From: an uncultured Candidatus Saccharibacteria bacterium
GTDB taxonomy: Bacteria; Patescibacteriota; Minisyncoccia; UBA6257; 2-01-FULL-56-20
Reading direction: 5' to 3'
Assembly (NCBI GenBank): GCA_964365185.1
Contig: CAYIOP010000002.1
Location: 66,684 to 130,683 of the forward strand
Length of the DNA: 64,000 nucleotides
Position numbers and translations under genes: made by a program. The stretch's first letter is position 1, and each line of letters opens with the position of its first letter. The notes under the pieces are model-generated. The model was given only the letters and a program-made list of their open reading frames with translations. It made no database searches and had not been told where the DNA came from. Shown piece by piece: positions 10,614 through 19,299 of this stretch.

Positions 10614-11096
10614 TTAGAGATTTCTAATCTTCGCAATAACTTCTGTTGTTGACTTGCCTTTTGTAAGCGGCACTCTAACTAGTTTCGCGCCAATTTCTTT
10701 TAAGGTTGCTCGTTCGACAATTTGACTGGTTTTTCTATCCGCTCCTTTTACGTGAATGCTGGGTTTTATTAATTTCAGCCATTTCTCCGGCGTCCTATCT
10801 TTGAATATAAAAACATAATCCACCGCTCTTAAAGCCGCCACCACTTCCGCGCGTTCCGCTTGAGATACAATTGGCCGGCCCCTGCCTTTATTTTCCCGAA
10901 CCGAACTATCCGAGTTAACTCCCACAATTAAAACATCGCCGAAGCTTCCGGCTTTTTCTAAGTTTCTAACATGACCGATGTGTAAAATGTCAAAGCAGCC
11001 ATTGGTCGTTACTATTTTCTTGCCGGCTCGGCGCTTTCTTCTCGCTATCTTAGCGACCTCAGCCAAAGTTTTTATTTTTGATTTTGCGGCTTCCAT
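10614..11096 (-). CDS. hldC: D-beta-D-heptose 1-phosphate adenylyltransferase (stand-alone HldE domain II)
   Basis: KKIVTTNGCFDILHIGHVRNLEKA cytidylyltransferase HxGH motif and ...IHVKGAD end as in RfaE domain II. 160 aa. Confidence 0.7.
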   Translation of the reverse strand: MEAAKSKIKTLAEVAKIARRKRRAGKKIVTTNGCFDILHIGHVRNLEKAGSFGDVLIVGVNSDSSVRENKGRGRPIVSQAERAEVVAALRAVDYVFIFKDRTPEKWLKLIKPSIHVKGADRKTSQIVERATLKEIGAKLVRVPLTKGKSTTEVIAKIRNL

Positions 11097-11146
11097 AATT
11101 CCTTTTTTTGACTTAAGCTATTATATGTTAATTCAAGTCAAGGTTC

Positions 11147-11731
11147 ATGACTAGACCCGATAACTCACAGCTTATTTTAAATGCCTTTAAACGACACCTC
11201 GAAACAGTTAGTCGTTCCGAGGCCACGGTTTTAAATGAGGTCTCAAAAGCTTTCGCGATTCTTGAAGAGATTGTTAAAAATCGCCGCGTTCTTTTTATCT
11301 GTGGCAATGGTGGTTCGGCCGCGCAAAGCCAACACTTTGCTGCTGAATGGGTCTGTCGCTATAAAAAAGAAAGGCCAGCCCTTAAAGCCATTGCCCTAAC
11401 CACCGACACCTCGGCCCTAACCGCCATCGGCAATGACTATGGTTTTGAAAATATCTTTGCCCGCCAAGTTGAGGCCCTAGCCTCTAAAGACGACTGCCTG
11501 GTTGTTATTTCAACCAGCGGCCGGTCGCCTAATATCTTAAAAGCCATTGATAAAGCCAAAACCATTGGGTTAAAAACCATTGCTTTAAGCGGCCAAAAAG
11601 GCGCGGCGCTTAAAAATCTGGTTGATGTCGCTATCTTAGTTCCATCCGATGAGACCGCCCGCATCCAAGAAGTTCACGATTTAATTCTACATGCTTGGTG
11701 CGAGGCGATTGATGAAAATTTCACCTCTTAA
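11147..11731 (+). CDS. gmhA: D-sedoheptulose 7-phosphate isomerase
   Basis: LFICGNGGSAAQSQHFAAEW is the canonical GmhA SIS motif. 194 aa. Confidence 0.8.
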   Translation: MTRPDNSQLILNAFKRHLETVSRSEATVLNEVSKAFAILEEIVKNRRVLFICGNGGSAAQSQHFAAEWVCRYKKERPALKAIALTTDTSALTAIGNDYGFENIFARQVEALASKDDCLVVISTSGRSPNILKAIDKAKTIGLKTIALSGQKGAALKNLVDVAILVPSDETARIQEVHDLILHAWCEAIDENFTS

Positions 11732-11740
11732 TTTTTATTT

Positions 11741-12709
11741 ATGGATATTTTAAAAACCATCAAGGAGTTTAATCAGAAGAAAATTCTAGTGGTCGGCGAC
11801 ATTATGTTAGACCATTATTTAAAAGGCGGTGTTTCTCGCATTTCGCCCGAAGCGCCTGTGCCAGTATTGGCGAAATCTTCCGAAAGTTATGCCTTGGGCG
11901 GCGCCGGCAATGTGGCCGCTAATATCGCTTCTTTAAAAGGCCGGGTTACTCTTTTAGGCGTTACCGGCGATGATCCCGAGTCAGGAATTATCAAAAAAAT
12001 TTGCGCTGGCCTAAAAATAACTCCGCGGCTTATCATTGAAAAGAAAAGGCCCACCACCCTTAAAACCCGGGTTGTCTCCGGCCGCCATCAACTTTTAAGA
12101 ATCGACACCGAAACCACTGCCCGCCCCAAAACCCAAACCGAAAATGAACTTATTAAAACCATTAACCGCTTACCCAATTTTAATATTATTGTAATTTCCG
12201 ATTATGCCAAAGGTTGCTTAACTAAGAAAGTTTTTACGGCGCTTAAAAATCGTTTTAAAAATGTTCAAATTATCGCGGATATAAAACCATCTCAAGCCAA
12301 TCTCTACTCAAATGTTTTCCTAATTACACCCAATCTTAAAGAAACTTACGACTTAACCGGTTTAAACGCCCAAGAACCTAAGTCAGCTGAAAAATCCGCT
12401 AAACTTTTATCCGACCGTTTTTCTTCTTCGGTTATTATCACTCGCGGAGAGCACGGGCTCACGCTCTACGAAAAAGAAACAAAAAAAATCACCCATATCC
12501 CGTCGCATACTATCCATATTTTTGACGTAACCGGCGCCGGAGATACTGTTGTTGCCGTTTTAGCTTTGATGGTTGCTTTAGGCGAAGACCTTAAAATTTC
12601 TGCCCGAGTGGCCAATTTGGCCGCTGGTCTGGTTGTGAGCGAAGAGGGAACCGCCACTCTCTCTCCGCAAGTTTTAATCGCTGCTCTTAAAAATCGCCGT
12701 GTTTTCTAA
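11741..12709 (+). CDS. hldA: D-beta-D-heptose 7-phosphate kinase (stand-alone HldE domain I)
   Basis: ILVVGDIMLDHYLKGGVSRISPEAPVPVL is the RfaE domain I ribokinase-like signature. C-terminal DVTGAGD motif. Confidence 0.8.
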   Translation: MDILKTIKEFNQKKILVVGDIMLDHYLKGGVSRISPEAPVPVLAKSSESYALGGAGNVAANIASLKGRVTLLGVTGDDPESGIIKKICAGLKITPRLIIEKKRPTTLKTRVVSGRHQLLRIDTETTARPKTQTENELIKTINRLPNFNIIVISDYAKGCLTKKVFTALKNRFKNVQIIADIKPSQANLYSNVFLITPNLKETYDLTGLNAQEPKSAEKSAKLLSDRFSSSVIITRGEHGLTLYEKETKKITHIPSHTIHIFDVTGAGDTVVAVLALMVALGEDLKISARVANLAAGLVVSEEGTATLSPQVLIAALKNRRVF

Positions 12710-15023
12710 TTTCCTTAAACATTTCATCAAAGTTAGATTTGTCGGTTTTCTCCGGTCCCTCTTTTTATTTTTAATCAACCCACGGACTAATCAAAAAAAT
12801 TGGGAGGAGCGCCTGCTTCTTATCAATCTTCAAGGCATCGGCGATCTTGTTGTTTTTACTTCGGTCTTGAAACATTATCACCAAGCTTTCCCTAGTAAAA
12901 AAATCTATCTTCTTATTAAAGAAGACACTGGTCTTAAAAAAGCGTTATCCGCAGTCGGGCAATGCGAAGTTATCACTCTTAACTATCGTCGCTTCACCAC
13001 CGACCCTTTTTATGGTTTTTCTCTAATTTCAAAATTGAAGCAGATTGGTTTTGAAACTGTTTTAAATCATGATTTCAGCGCCGCCGAAATTATGGGTAAA
13101 TTTATCGCCGTCGGGCTTGGCGCTAAACAAGTTATCGGTTATGAGGGCATGGCTCTTGAATTTATCGCGCCCTTTAATCTTCAGCAACGTCTCAATATCC
13201 GCTACGCAATCAATCATCTTTTTCCCAGATTCACCGATCTTATCCCGCGCATTGATTATCGGTACGATCTTTTAGAGCGACTCCCAGGAGCAATTAGTCA
13301 TTACCTTGCTATCTTTGAGCACGCCTCTAAGCGAAAAGAAAATGACTATTCAACTTTTTTGCCATCTCCTTCGTCGCTTGAAAATCTCAATCTTCGTCTG
13401 CCTCCAAAACCCTACGCGGTTTTTAATCTTTCTGCTTCTAATACCTACAAACGTTGGCCTATAGAAAATTTCGCGGGCCTAGCCCAAAGCCTAAAAGCCA
13501 AAAACTTTGAAATTGTTTTAATTGGTCTAACTGAAAGCCAAAATCTGGGCCAGGAGTTTAAAAATAATTTCTCCGGAGAAGTTTTTAATTTAATCGGGCA
13601 AACGTCTTTAAACGATTTGATTTATGTTATTAGTCATTCATCCCTGGTTGTCTCAAACGACACTTCTTCCGTTCACATTGCCGTGGCGCTAAAAAAATCA
13701 TCTCTTTGCTTAACGGGTGGCGGGCAGTTTGGGATGTTTGCCGATTACGGCTATCAAAATTTAAACCATTGGGTTTATAAAAAAACCAATTGCTTCTGCG
13801 ATAATTGGCGCTGCGGAAAAAATCTTGAAAATCAGTCCGCGCCTTGTGTCTCCGCCATCACTCTTGATGAAGCCGAGCAAAAATTACAATCACTTCTCTC
13901 TGAAATTCAAAATCCCAATCCCGATTCTTTTTTGTTTAAAACCAGTTTTGCCCCGCCGCCGGTTAAAAGCGGAAAATTTAAAATTATTTTTTCAGGGATT
14001 CAATTCGAGAATTATAACTTTGGACGAAAAAGTTTTGAATATAGCAACTTTCTTTTGACCCTAAGAGCTATGCCCAATTTGGAAGCGTTGTTCTATCCTT
14101 TTGATTTTATTCTTCAAATGGGAAAAAAGAAATTCAACGAACGCCTGCTCGATTTAGTTCGGCGCGAAAAACCCGACCTTTTTTTCGCGTTTATGTATAC
14201 CGATGAACTGGATGTAAAAACGCTCTCTGAAATTAAAAAATTAACTAAGAGTGTTGCTTGGTTTGCCGACGATCACTGGCGACTTGATAACTATTCCCGT
14301 CTCTACGCTCCTTATTTTACTAAAGCGATTACAACCTGGAGTAAAGGTATCGAAAATTATAAACGCTACGGCATTGAGAACATCCTTCGCTCGCAGTGGG
14401 CGTGCAATCACTTTGTTTGGCATCCCGCCGCAGTTTCTAATCAGGATATCGATGTTAGTTTTGTGGGGCAGTATAATCCGGCTCGCGGGGAAATTATAAG
14501 AAAACTTCGGTCTTTAGGCGTTAATGTTTGGGTTCGTGGTTGGGGTTGGCCCGAAGGCCGCCTCCAGGGTGGCGACATGGTTCAGGCCTTTAGTCAGAGC
14601 AAAATTAACCTCAATTTTAACACGCCGCCTAGCCGCTTAACGCCTAAATTATTAGCCCGCCTTTTCTTTAGGCGTTCTCTAAATAGAATTCGTCCGAGCT
14701 GGCGCTTCGCCAGTAATTTTCGCTCCTGGCTTAATATTTCTATCCCTCAAATCAAAGCCCGCCCTTTTGAAGTTGTCGGCTGCCAGGCCTTTCTTATATC
14801 AGCTTTTGCCGATGATGTTCACAGTTACTATGAAGATAAGAAAGAAATTGTCTATTACCGCGATATTCCCGACTTGGTTCAAAAAATCCAGTTCTATCTT
14901 AAAAATCCTGAACTTAGAAAAAAAATCGCTGAAGACGGATACAGGCGCACTCTCAAAGAACATACCTATACAAAAAGATTCACTGAAATTTTTGAAAAAG
15001 TCGGATTTAAATACCACGCCTAA
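12699..15023 (+). CDS. two-domain glycosyltransferase: N-terminal GT9 heptosyltransferase fused to C-terminal CgeB-like (DUF3880/GT1-like) domain
   Basis: N-terminal ERLLLINLQGIGDLVVFTSVLKHY and LVVSNDTSSVHIAVAL are GT9 hallmarks. The C-terminal region (VWVRGWGWPEGRLQGGDMVQAFSQSKINLNFN ... KEHTYTKRFTEIF) resembles CgeB-family glycosyltransferases. The only in-frame start is GTG at 12699, overlapping the hldA stop. Confidence 0.6.
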   Translation: MFSNFLKHFIKVRFVGFLRSLFLFLINPRTNQKNWEERLLLINLQGIGDLVVFTSVLKHYHQAFPSKKIYLLIKEDTGLKKALSAVGQCEVITLNYRRFTTDPFYGFSLISKLKQIGFETVLNHDFSAAEIMGKFIAVGLGAKQVIGYEGMALEFIAPFNLQQRLNIRYAINHLFPRFTDLIPRIDYRYDLLERLPGAISHYLAIFEHASKRKENDYSTFLPSPSSLENLNLRLPPKPYAVFNLSASNTYKRWPIENFAGLAQSLKAKNFEIVLIGLTESQNLGQEFKNNFSGEVFNLIGQTSLNDLIYVISHSSLVVSNDTSSVHIAVALKKSSLCLTGGGQFGMFADYGYQNLNHWVYKKTNCFCDNWRCGKNLENQSAPCVSAITLDEAEQKLQSLLSEIQNPNPDSFLFKTSFAPPPVKSGKFKIIFSGIQFENYNFGRKSFEYSNFLLTLRAMPNLEALFYPFDFILQMGKKKFNERLLDLVRREKPDLFFAFMYTDELDVKTLSEIKKLTKSVAWFADDHWRLDNYSRLYAPYFTKAITTWSKGIENYKRYGIENILRSQWACNHFVWHPAAVSNQDIDVSFVGQYNPARGEIIRKLRSLGVNVWVRGWGWPEGRLQGGDMVQAFSQSKINLNFNTPPSRLTPKLLARLFFRRSLNRIRPSWRFASNFRSWLNISIPQIKARPFEVVGCQAFLISAFADDVHSYYEDKKEIVYYRDIPDLVQKIQFYLKNPELRKKIAEDGYRRTLKEHTYTKRFTEIFEKVGFKYHA

Positions 15024-16031
15024 ATGATTTCTAAACTCGTCTCAATTATTATTCCGGCTTGGAACGCTGAAAAATATATTAAAGAAGCGATTGATTCAGC
15101 CCTAAATCAAACCCATCCCAATACAGAAGTGATTGTTGTAAACGACGGCTCAACCGATGGAACTGAATCAATTCTGAAATCTTATCAAAATCCCAAGCTT
15201 CGCTATTTTAATCAAGAGAATCAAGGTTTGGCTGGAGCTAGAAATACTGGCATCAAAAATTCTCAAGGTGAGTATATTGCCCTTCTAGACAGCGATGATA
15301 TTTTTCTGCCGAGCAAAGTCGAGCGCCAAGCCGAAATTTTAGAAGATAATCCCGACTACGGCATTTGCTATTCCGACCTTCTGCACTTTAACGACCCGCC
15401 TGACCCAGCCCGCTTCGAGTCGCGAAGCGAATCTGGCGGGTCGCCTAGTGGAACATGGCGGGCAGGCGAAAGCCACAGAAAATTTTTTCATCACCGCTAC
15501 CGCTATCCATCTGGCGATATTTTTGGTGAGATTATTCATCGGCAATTCATTAATCCTTTAGCTGTGATGATTCGCCGCGGAATCTTCAATCAGTTTGGGC
15601 TCTTTGACCAAAATCTCCGGCGCTCCGAGGACTGGGAGCTTTGGTTGCGTTTAGCCAAAAATGGAGTTAAATTTTATTACTTAAACGAAGTTTTAGCCCA
15701 CTATCGCGTCCGCTCGATTGGCAACTTAAGTTCTCTAGAATCCGAGCCGGAAATGAAAGAAAAAAATCTGGAAATTTTCACTCGCCTTGCGGCATCTTTA
15801 ACTTTGCTTCAAAAAAAGCAATACCGTTTCTATAAAATTTTAAAAAAGTTAAGATTAAAAGTGGTCTTTGCCAGCTTAATTGTCGGCGACCGAAAAAAAG
15901 CGCTTTTCTTTGTTCGAGAACTTTCCCCCTCTTGGAAATTTTTAGTCAGTGTTTTACCGGTTGCCTTCTGGAAATTTTTTCTTAGATTCATAAGAAAAAT
16001 CAAACATCGTCTTCTGCTAAAAAAAATGTAA
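15024..16031 (+). CDS. glycosyltransferase family 2
   Basis: VSIIIPAWNAEKYIKEAIDSALNQTHPNTEVIVVNDGSTDGT and LDSDD motifs. It contains a GC-rich in-frame segment around 15395-15500 (see findings). Confidence 0.75.
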   Translation: MISKLVSIIIPAWNAEKYIKEAIDSALNQTHPNTEVIVVNDGSTDGTESILKSYQNPKLRYFNQENQGLAGARNTGIKNSQGEYIALLDSDDIFLPSKVERQAEILEDNPDYGICYSDLLHFNDPPDPARFESRSESGGSPSGTWRAGESHRKFFHHRYRYPSGDIFGEIIHRQFINPLAVMIRRGIFNQFGLFDQNLRRSEDWELWLRLAKNGVKFYYLNEVLAHYRVRSIGNLSSLESEPEMKEKNLEIFTRLAASLTLLQKKQYRFYKILKKLRLKVVFASLIVGDRKKALFFVRELSPSWKFLVSVLPVAFWKFFLRFIRKIKHRLLLKKM

Positions 16032-16041
16032 TATTCTTCTA

Positions 16042-17019
16042 ATGCACCACCTCCTTTCGCTTAAAAACCAAACCCGAGAAGAACTTAAAGCAATTTTAGA
16101 TTTAGCCGGAAAAATCAAACAAGAGTACCGTCTTAAAAAACTTACTCCTTATCTGGCTGGTCAAACTCTAATTATGCTTTTTCAAAAGACCTCCACGCGC
16201 ACCCGACTTTCTTTTGAAGCCGGAATGACCGAACTTGGCGGGCATGCCATCTTTCTCGACTCTCGTACCACTCAGCTCGGCTTGTCGGATTTTGCTGATG
16301 AAATCCGAGCGATTATGAGAATGGGGGATATTTTGATGTTTCGGGCCTTGCGGGCCGCGGATGTCGAACTCGCCGCCTCAATGAATGTTATTCCTGTTAT
16401 TGATGCTTGTAGCGAAAAATATCATCCCTGCCAAGCTCTGGGCGATATTCTGACAATGTCTGAAATAGCTGGGGGGTTGGATAAAATCCGTAAAGTTGTT
16501 TGGTTGGGAATCGAAAATAATGTCTCCAATACCTTAATGCTCGCTTGCGCCAAACTCGGCATCGAAATTTTCATTGTTGCTCCCGAAAGGCATGCGGCCA
16601 GTCGCGATGAGGAACTTATTAGTCAAGCTGAAAGCACTGGTAAAGTTCATCGCACTTTGGATTTAGAATTCGCTCTTGATGGAGCTGATTTTGTGCATAC
16701 GGATACCTGGATGGATATGGAATTTTTTTCCACCGAAGGTGGATCGGCCTCTGGCGGGGAAAATAGCCAGGTTCGTCCGGAATTTAAACAAGAATACGAG
16801 CGCCGGATAAAAATTTTTTCTCCTTTTCAACTTAACCAAAAACTATTGCTTAAATACGCTCCTCGAGCAAAAATTATGCATTGTATGCCTTGCCACATTG
16901 GCTATGAAATTACCAGAGACGCCATAGACAGTCCTAATTCAGTAATTTTTGATCAAGCCGAAAATCGCAAGCATATCCAAAAAGGAATTCTCCTTTGGCT
17001 TCTCGGTCGTAGCCGTTAA
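16042..17019 (+). CDS. aspartate/ornithine carbamoyltransferase-family protein (OTC-like)
   Basis: STRTRLSFEAGMTELGG carbamoyl-phosphate binding motif, HCMPCH (compare the OTC HCLPA motif) and a VIFDQAENRKH C-terminal block. It carries an inserted EGGSASGGEN peptide. Confidence 0.6.
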   Translation: MHHLLSLKNQTREELKAILDLAGKIKQEYRLKKLTPYLAGQTLIMLFQKTSTRTRLSFEAGMTELGGHAIFLDSRTTQLGLSDFADEIRAIMRMGDILMFRALRAADVELAASMNVIPVIDACSEKYHPCQALGDILTMSEIAGGLDKIRKVVWLGIENNVSNTLMLACAKLGIEIFIVAPERHAASRDEELISQAESTGKVHRTLDLEFALDGADFVHTDTWMDMEFFSTEGGSASGGENSQVRPEFKQEYERRIKIFSPFQLNQKLLLKYAPRAKIMHCMPCHIGYEITRDAIDSPNSVIFDQAENRKHIQKGILLWLLGRSR

Positions 17020-17064
17020 CGCTTTTGTTATTCTTCGAAATTCTTTATTCTTAATTCTAACCGT

Positions 17065-18879
17065 ATGAATATTTTAGGTATATCGGCTTTTTATCACGAC
17101 AGCGCCGCTTGTTTAGTCAAGGACGGCAAAATTTTAGCCGCTGCTCAGGAAGAAAGGTTTACCAGAAAAAAACATGATGCTCGGTTTCCTAAACATGCTG
17201 TCGCATATTGTTTGGAATCTCAAAGTTTAGATATAAAAAATATCGATTATGTCGCCTTTTATGAAAAACCATTCCTAAAATTTGAACGTCTACTCGAGAC
17301 CTATCTCGCTTTTGCTCCCAAGGGATTTACATCCTTTATTCAAGCCATGCCAATTTGGTTGAAGGAAAAGCTTTGGATGAAATCCTATCTATCTAAGGAG
17401 TTGGGTTTTAATGGAAAAATTATTTTTCCCGAACATCATCAATCTCATGCCGCCTCCGCTTTCTATCCCTCACCTTTTAAACAAGCCGCGTTTCTTACCG
17501 CTGATGGAGTTGGCGAGTGGTCAACGACTAGTTACGGTGTTGGTTCCGGAAGTAAACTCAAAATGATCGCCGACATCAAATTTCCTCATTCTTTAGGTAT
17601 GCTCTATTCCGCTTTTACTTACTATACGGGTTTCAAAGTTAATTCCGGCGAATATAAAGTTATGGGGCTCGCTCCTTATGGTCGCCCCGAATACAAAAAT
17701 AGAATTTTTGAAAATTTAATTGATCTTAAAGAAGATGGTTCTTTCAGTATGAATATGGAATATTTTAACTACTGCACCGGGCTTACTATGACTAGTAAAA
17801 AATTTGACCAACTTTTCGGCGGCCCTCCTCGGAAGCCCGAATCACCCCTTACTCAAAAAGAAATGGACCTTGCCCGCTCCATCCAAGAAGTTGCCGAAGA
17901 AGTTATGTTAAGGATGGCTCGCCATATTCGTAAAGAAACAGGAGAAAAGTATCTTTGTTTAGCCGGCGGGGTGGCTCTAAATTGTGTTGCCAACGGGAAA
18001 ATTCTGGATGAAAAGATCTTCGATGATATTTGGATTCAGCCCGCCTCTGGTGATGCCGGTGGCGCCTTAGGCGCTGCTCTTGTTGTTTGGCACGAATATT
18101 TGCAAAAACCTAAACTAACCCCTGAAGGTCAAGATTTAATGGGGGGTGCCTATCTTGGTCCAAGTTTTAGCCCAAAAGACATCGAAATTTATCTTCAGGA
18201 AAATAAAATTCCTTACACCGAGTACCTAACCGATCAATTAATCAATAAGGTCTCCGATTTATTGGGCAACGAAAAGGTTATCGGCTGGTTTCAGGGGAAA
18301 ATGGAATTTGGTCCAAGGGCCTTGGGTAATCGATCAATTATTGGGGATGCCCGCTCTCCAAAAATGCAGGAAGTCATGAATTTAAAAATAAAATTCCGGG
18401 AAAGTTTCCGGCCTTTTGCTCCTTCAGTCATAATTGAAAAGGTCTCTGAGTGGTTTGAAACTAACCACGAAAGTCCTTACATGCTTTTAGTTGCTAACGT
18501 CAAAAAAGAAAAAAGAAAATCTGCTCCTGGCGAAGAAAAGCTTTTTGGCATCGAGCGCCTCAAAGTGCTCCGGTCAGAAATTCCAGCTGTTACCCACGTT
18601 GATTTTTCAGCTCGGCTCCAAACAGTTCACAAAGAAACCAATCCGCTTTACCACCAACTCATCGCGGCTTTTGATAAAAAATTTAACTGCCCGGTTATTG
18701 TTAACACTTCTTTCAATGTGAGAGGCGAGCCGATCGTCTGTACCCCCGAGGACGCCTACCGCTGTTTTATGAGAACCAATATCGATTACCTCGTTTTAGG
18801 TAATTTTCTAATCGATAAAAAAGATCAACCCAAAAACAATCAGAACGACGATTGGAAAAAAGAATTTGAGCTTGATTAA
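17065..18879 (+). CDS. NodU/CmcH/TobZ-family carbamoyltransferase
   Basis: MNILGISAFYHDSAACLVKDGKILAAAQEERFTRKKHDARFPKHA is the diagnostic N-terminal (Kae1/YgjD-like) signature of carbamoyl-phosphate-dependent O-carbamoyltransferases. 604 aa, the usual length. Confidence 0.8.
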   Translation: MNILGISAFYHDSAACLVKDGKILAAAQEERFTRKKHDARFPKHAVAYCLESQSLDIKNIDYVAFYEKPFLKFERLLETYLAFAPKGFTSFIQAMPIWLKEKLWMKSYLSKELGFNGKIIFPEHHQSHAASAFYPSPFKQAAFLTADGVGEWSTTSYGVGSGSKLKMIADIKFPHSLGMLYSAFTYYTGFKVNSGEYKVMGLAPYGRPEYKNRIFENLIDLKEDGSFSMNMEYFNYCTGLTMTSKKFDQLFGGPPRKPESPLTQKEMDLARSIQEVAEEVMLRMARHIRKETGEKYLCLAGGVALNCVANGKILDEKIFDDIWIQPASGDAGGALGAALVVWHEYLQKPKLTPEGQDLMGGAYLGPSFSPKDIEIYLQENKIPYTEYLTDQLINKVSDLLGNEKVIGWFQGKMEFGPRALGNRSIIGDARSPKMQEVMNLKIKFRESFRPFAPSVIIEKVSEWFETNHESPYMLLVANVKKEKRKSAPGEEKLFGIERLKVLRSEIPAVTHVDFSARLQTVHKETNPLYHQLIAAFDKKFNCPVIVNTSFNVRGEPIVCTPEDAYRCFMRTNIDYLVLGNFLIDKKDQPKNNQNDDWKKEFELD

Positions 18880-19297
18880 AATGCTGTCTAAAGAAATAAA
18901 AAATATTAGTAGCACCAAGAAAGACCTCCGCAATTTCAGTTTAGTTATCGGCGGAGTTTTAGTTGTCCTTAGTTTATGGTGGCTAACTCACCAGCGATCA
19001 AGCTGGTTATGGCCTGCCCTTTTAGGATTACTAATTATTGCCGCCGGCTTTATTGTTCCATCTTTACTAAAACCCCTTCAGAAGACCTGGATGATTCTAG
19101 CGGTTCTAATGGGTTGGATTATGACTAAGGTTATACTTTTTATTGCCTTCTTTATGATTTTTATGCCCATCAACTTGATATTAAAAATTCTAAAAAAGAA
19201 AATTTTCGATTTCGGCATAAAATCAGATCAAAAAAGTTACTGGATTCCTCGCGACCAGCCAGAATTTTCAAAGGCCAGTCTCGAGAAACAATTTTAA
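18866..19297 (+). CDS. SxtJ-like small membrane protein
   Basis: 143 aa with 3 transmembrane segments, immediately downstream of and overlapping the carbamoyltransferase. The carbamoyltransferase, SxtJ, DUF5989 trio is a recurrent arrangement. Confidence 0.4.
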   Translation: MSLIKMLSKEIKNISSTKKDLRNFSLVIGGVLVVLSLWWLTHQRSSWLWPALLGLLIIAAGFIVPSLLKPLQKTWMILAVLMGWIMTKVILFIAFFMIFMPINLILKILKKKIFDFGIKSDQKSYWIPRDQPEFSKASLEKQF

Positions 19298-19299
19298 CA

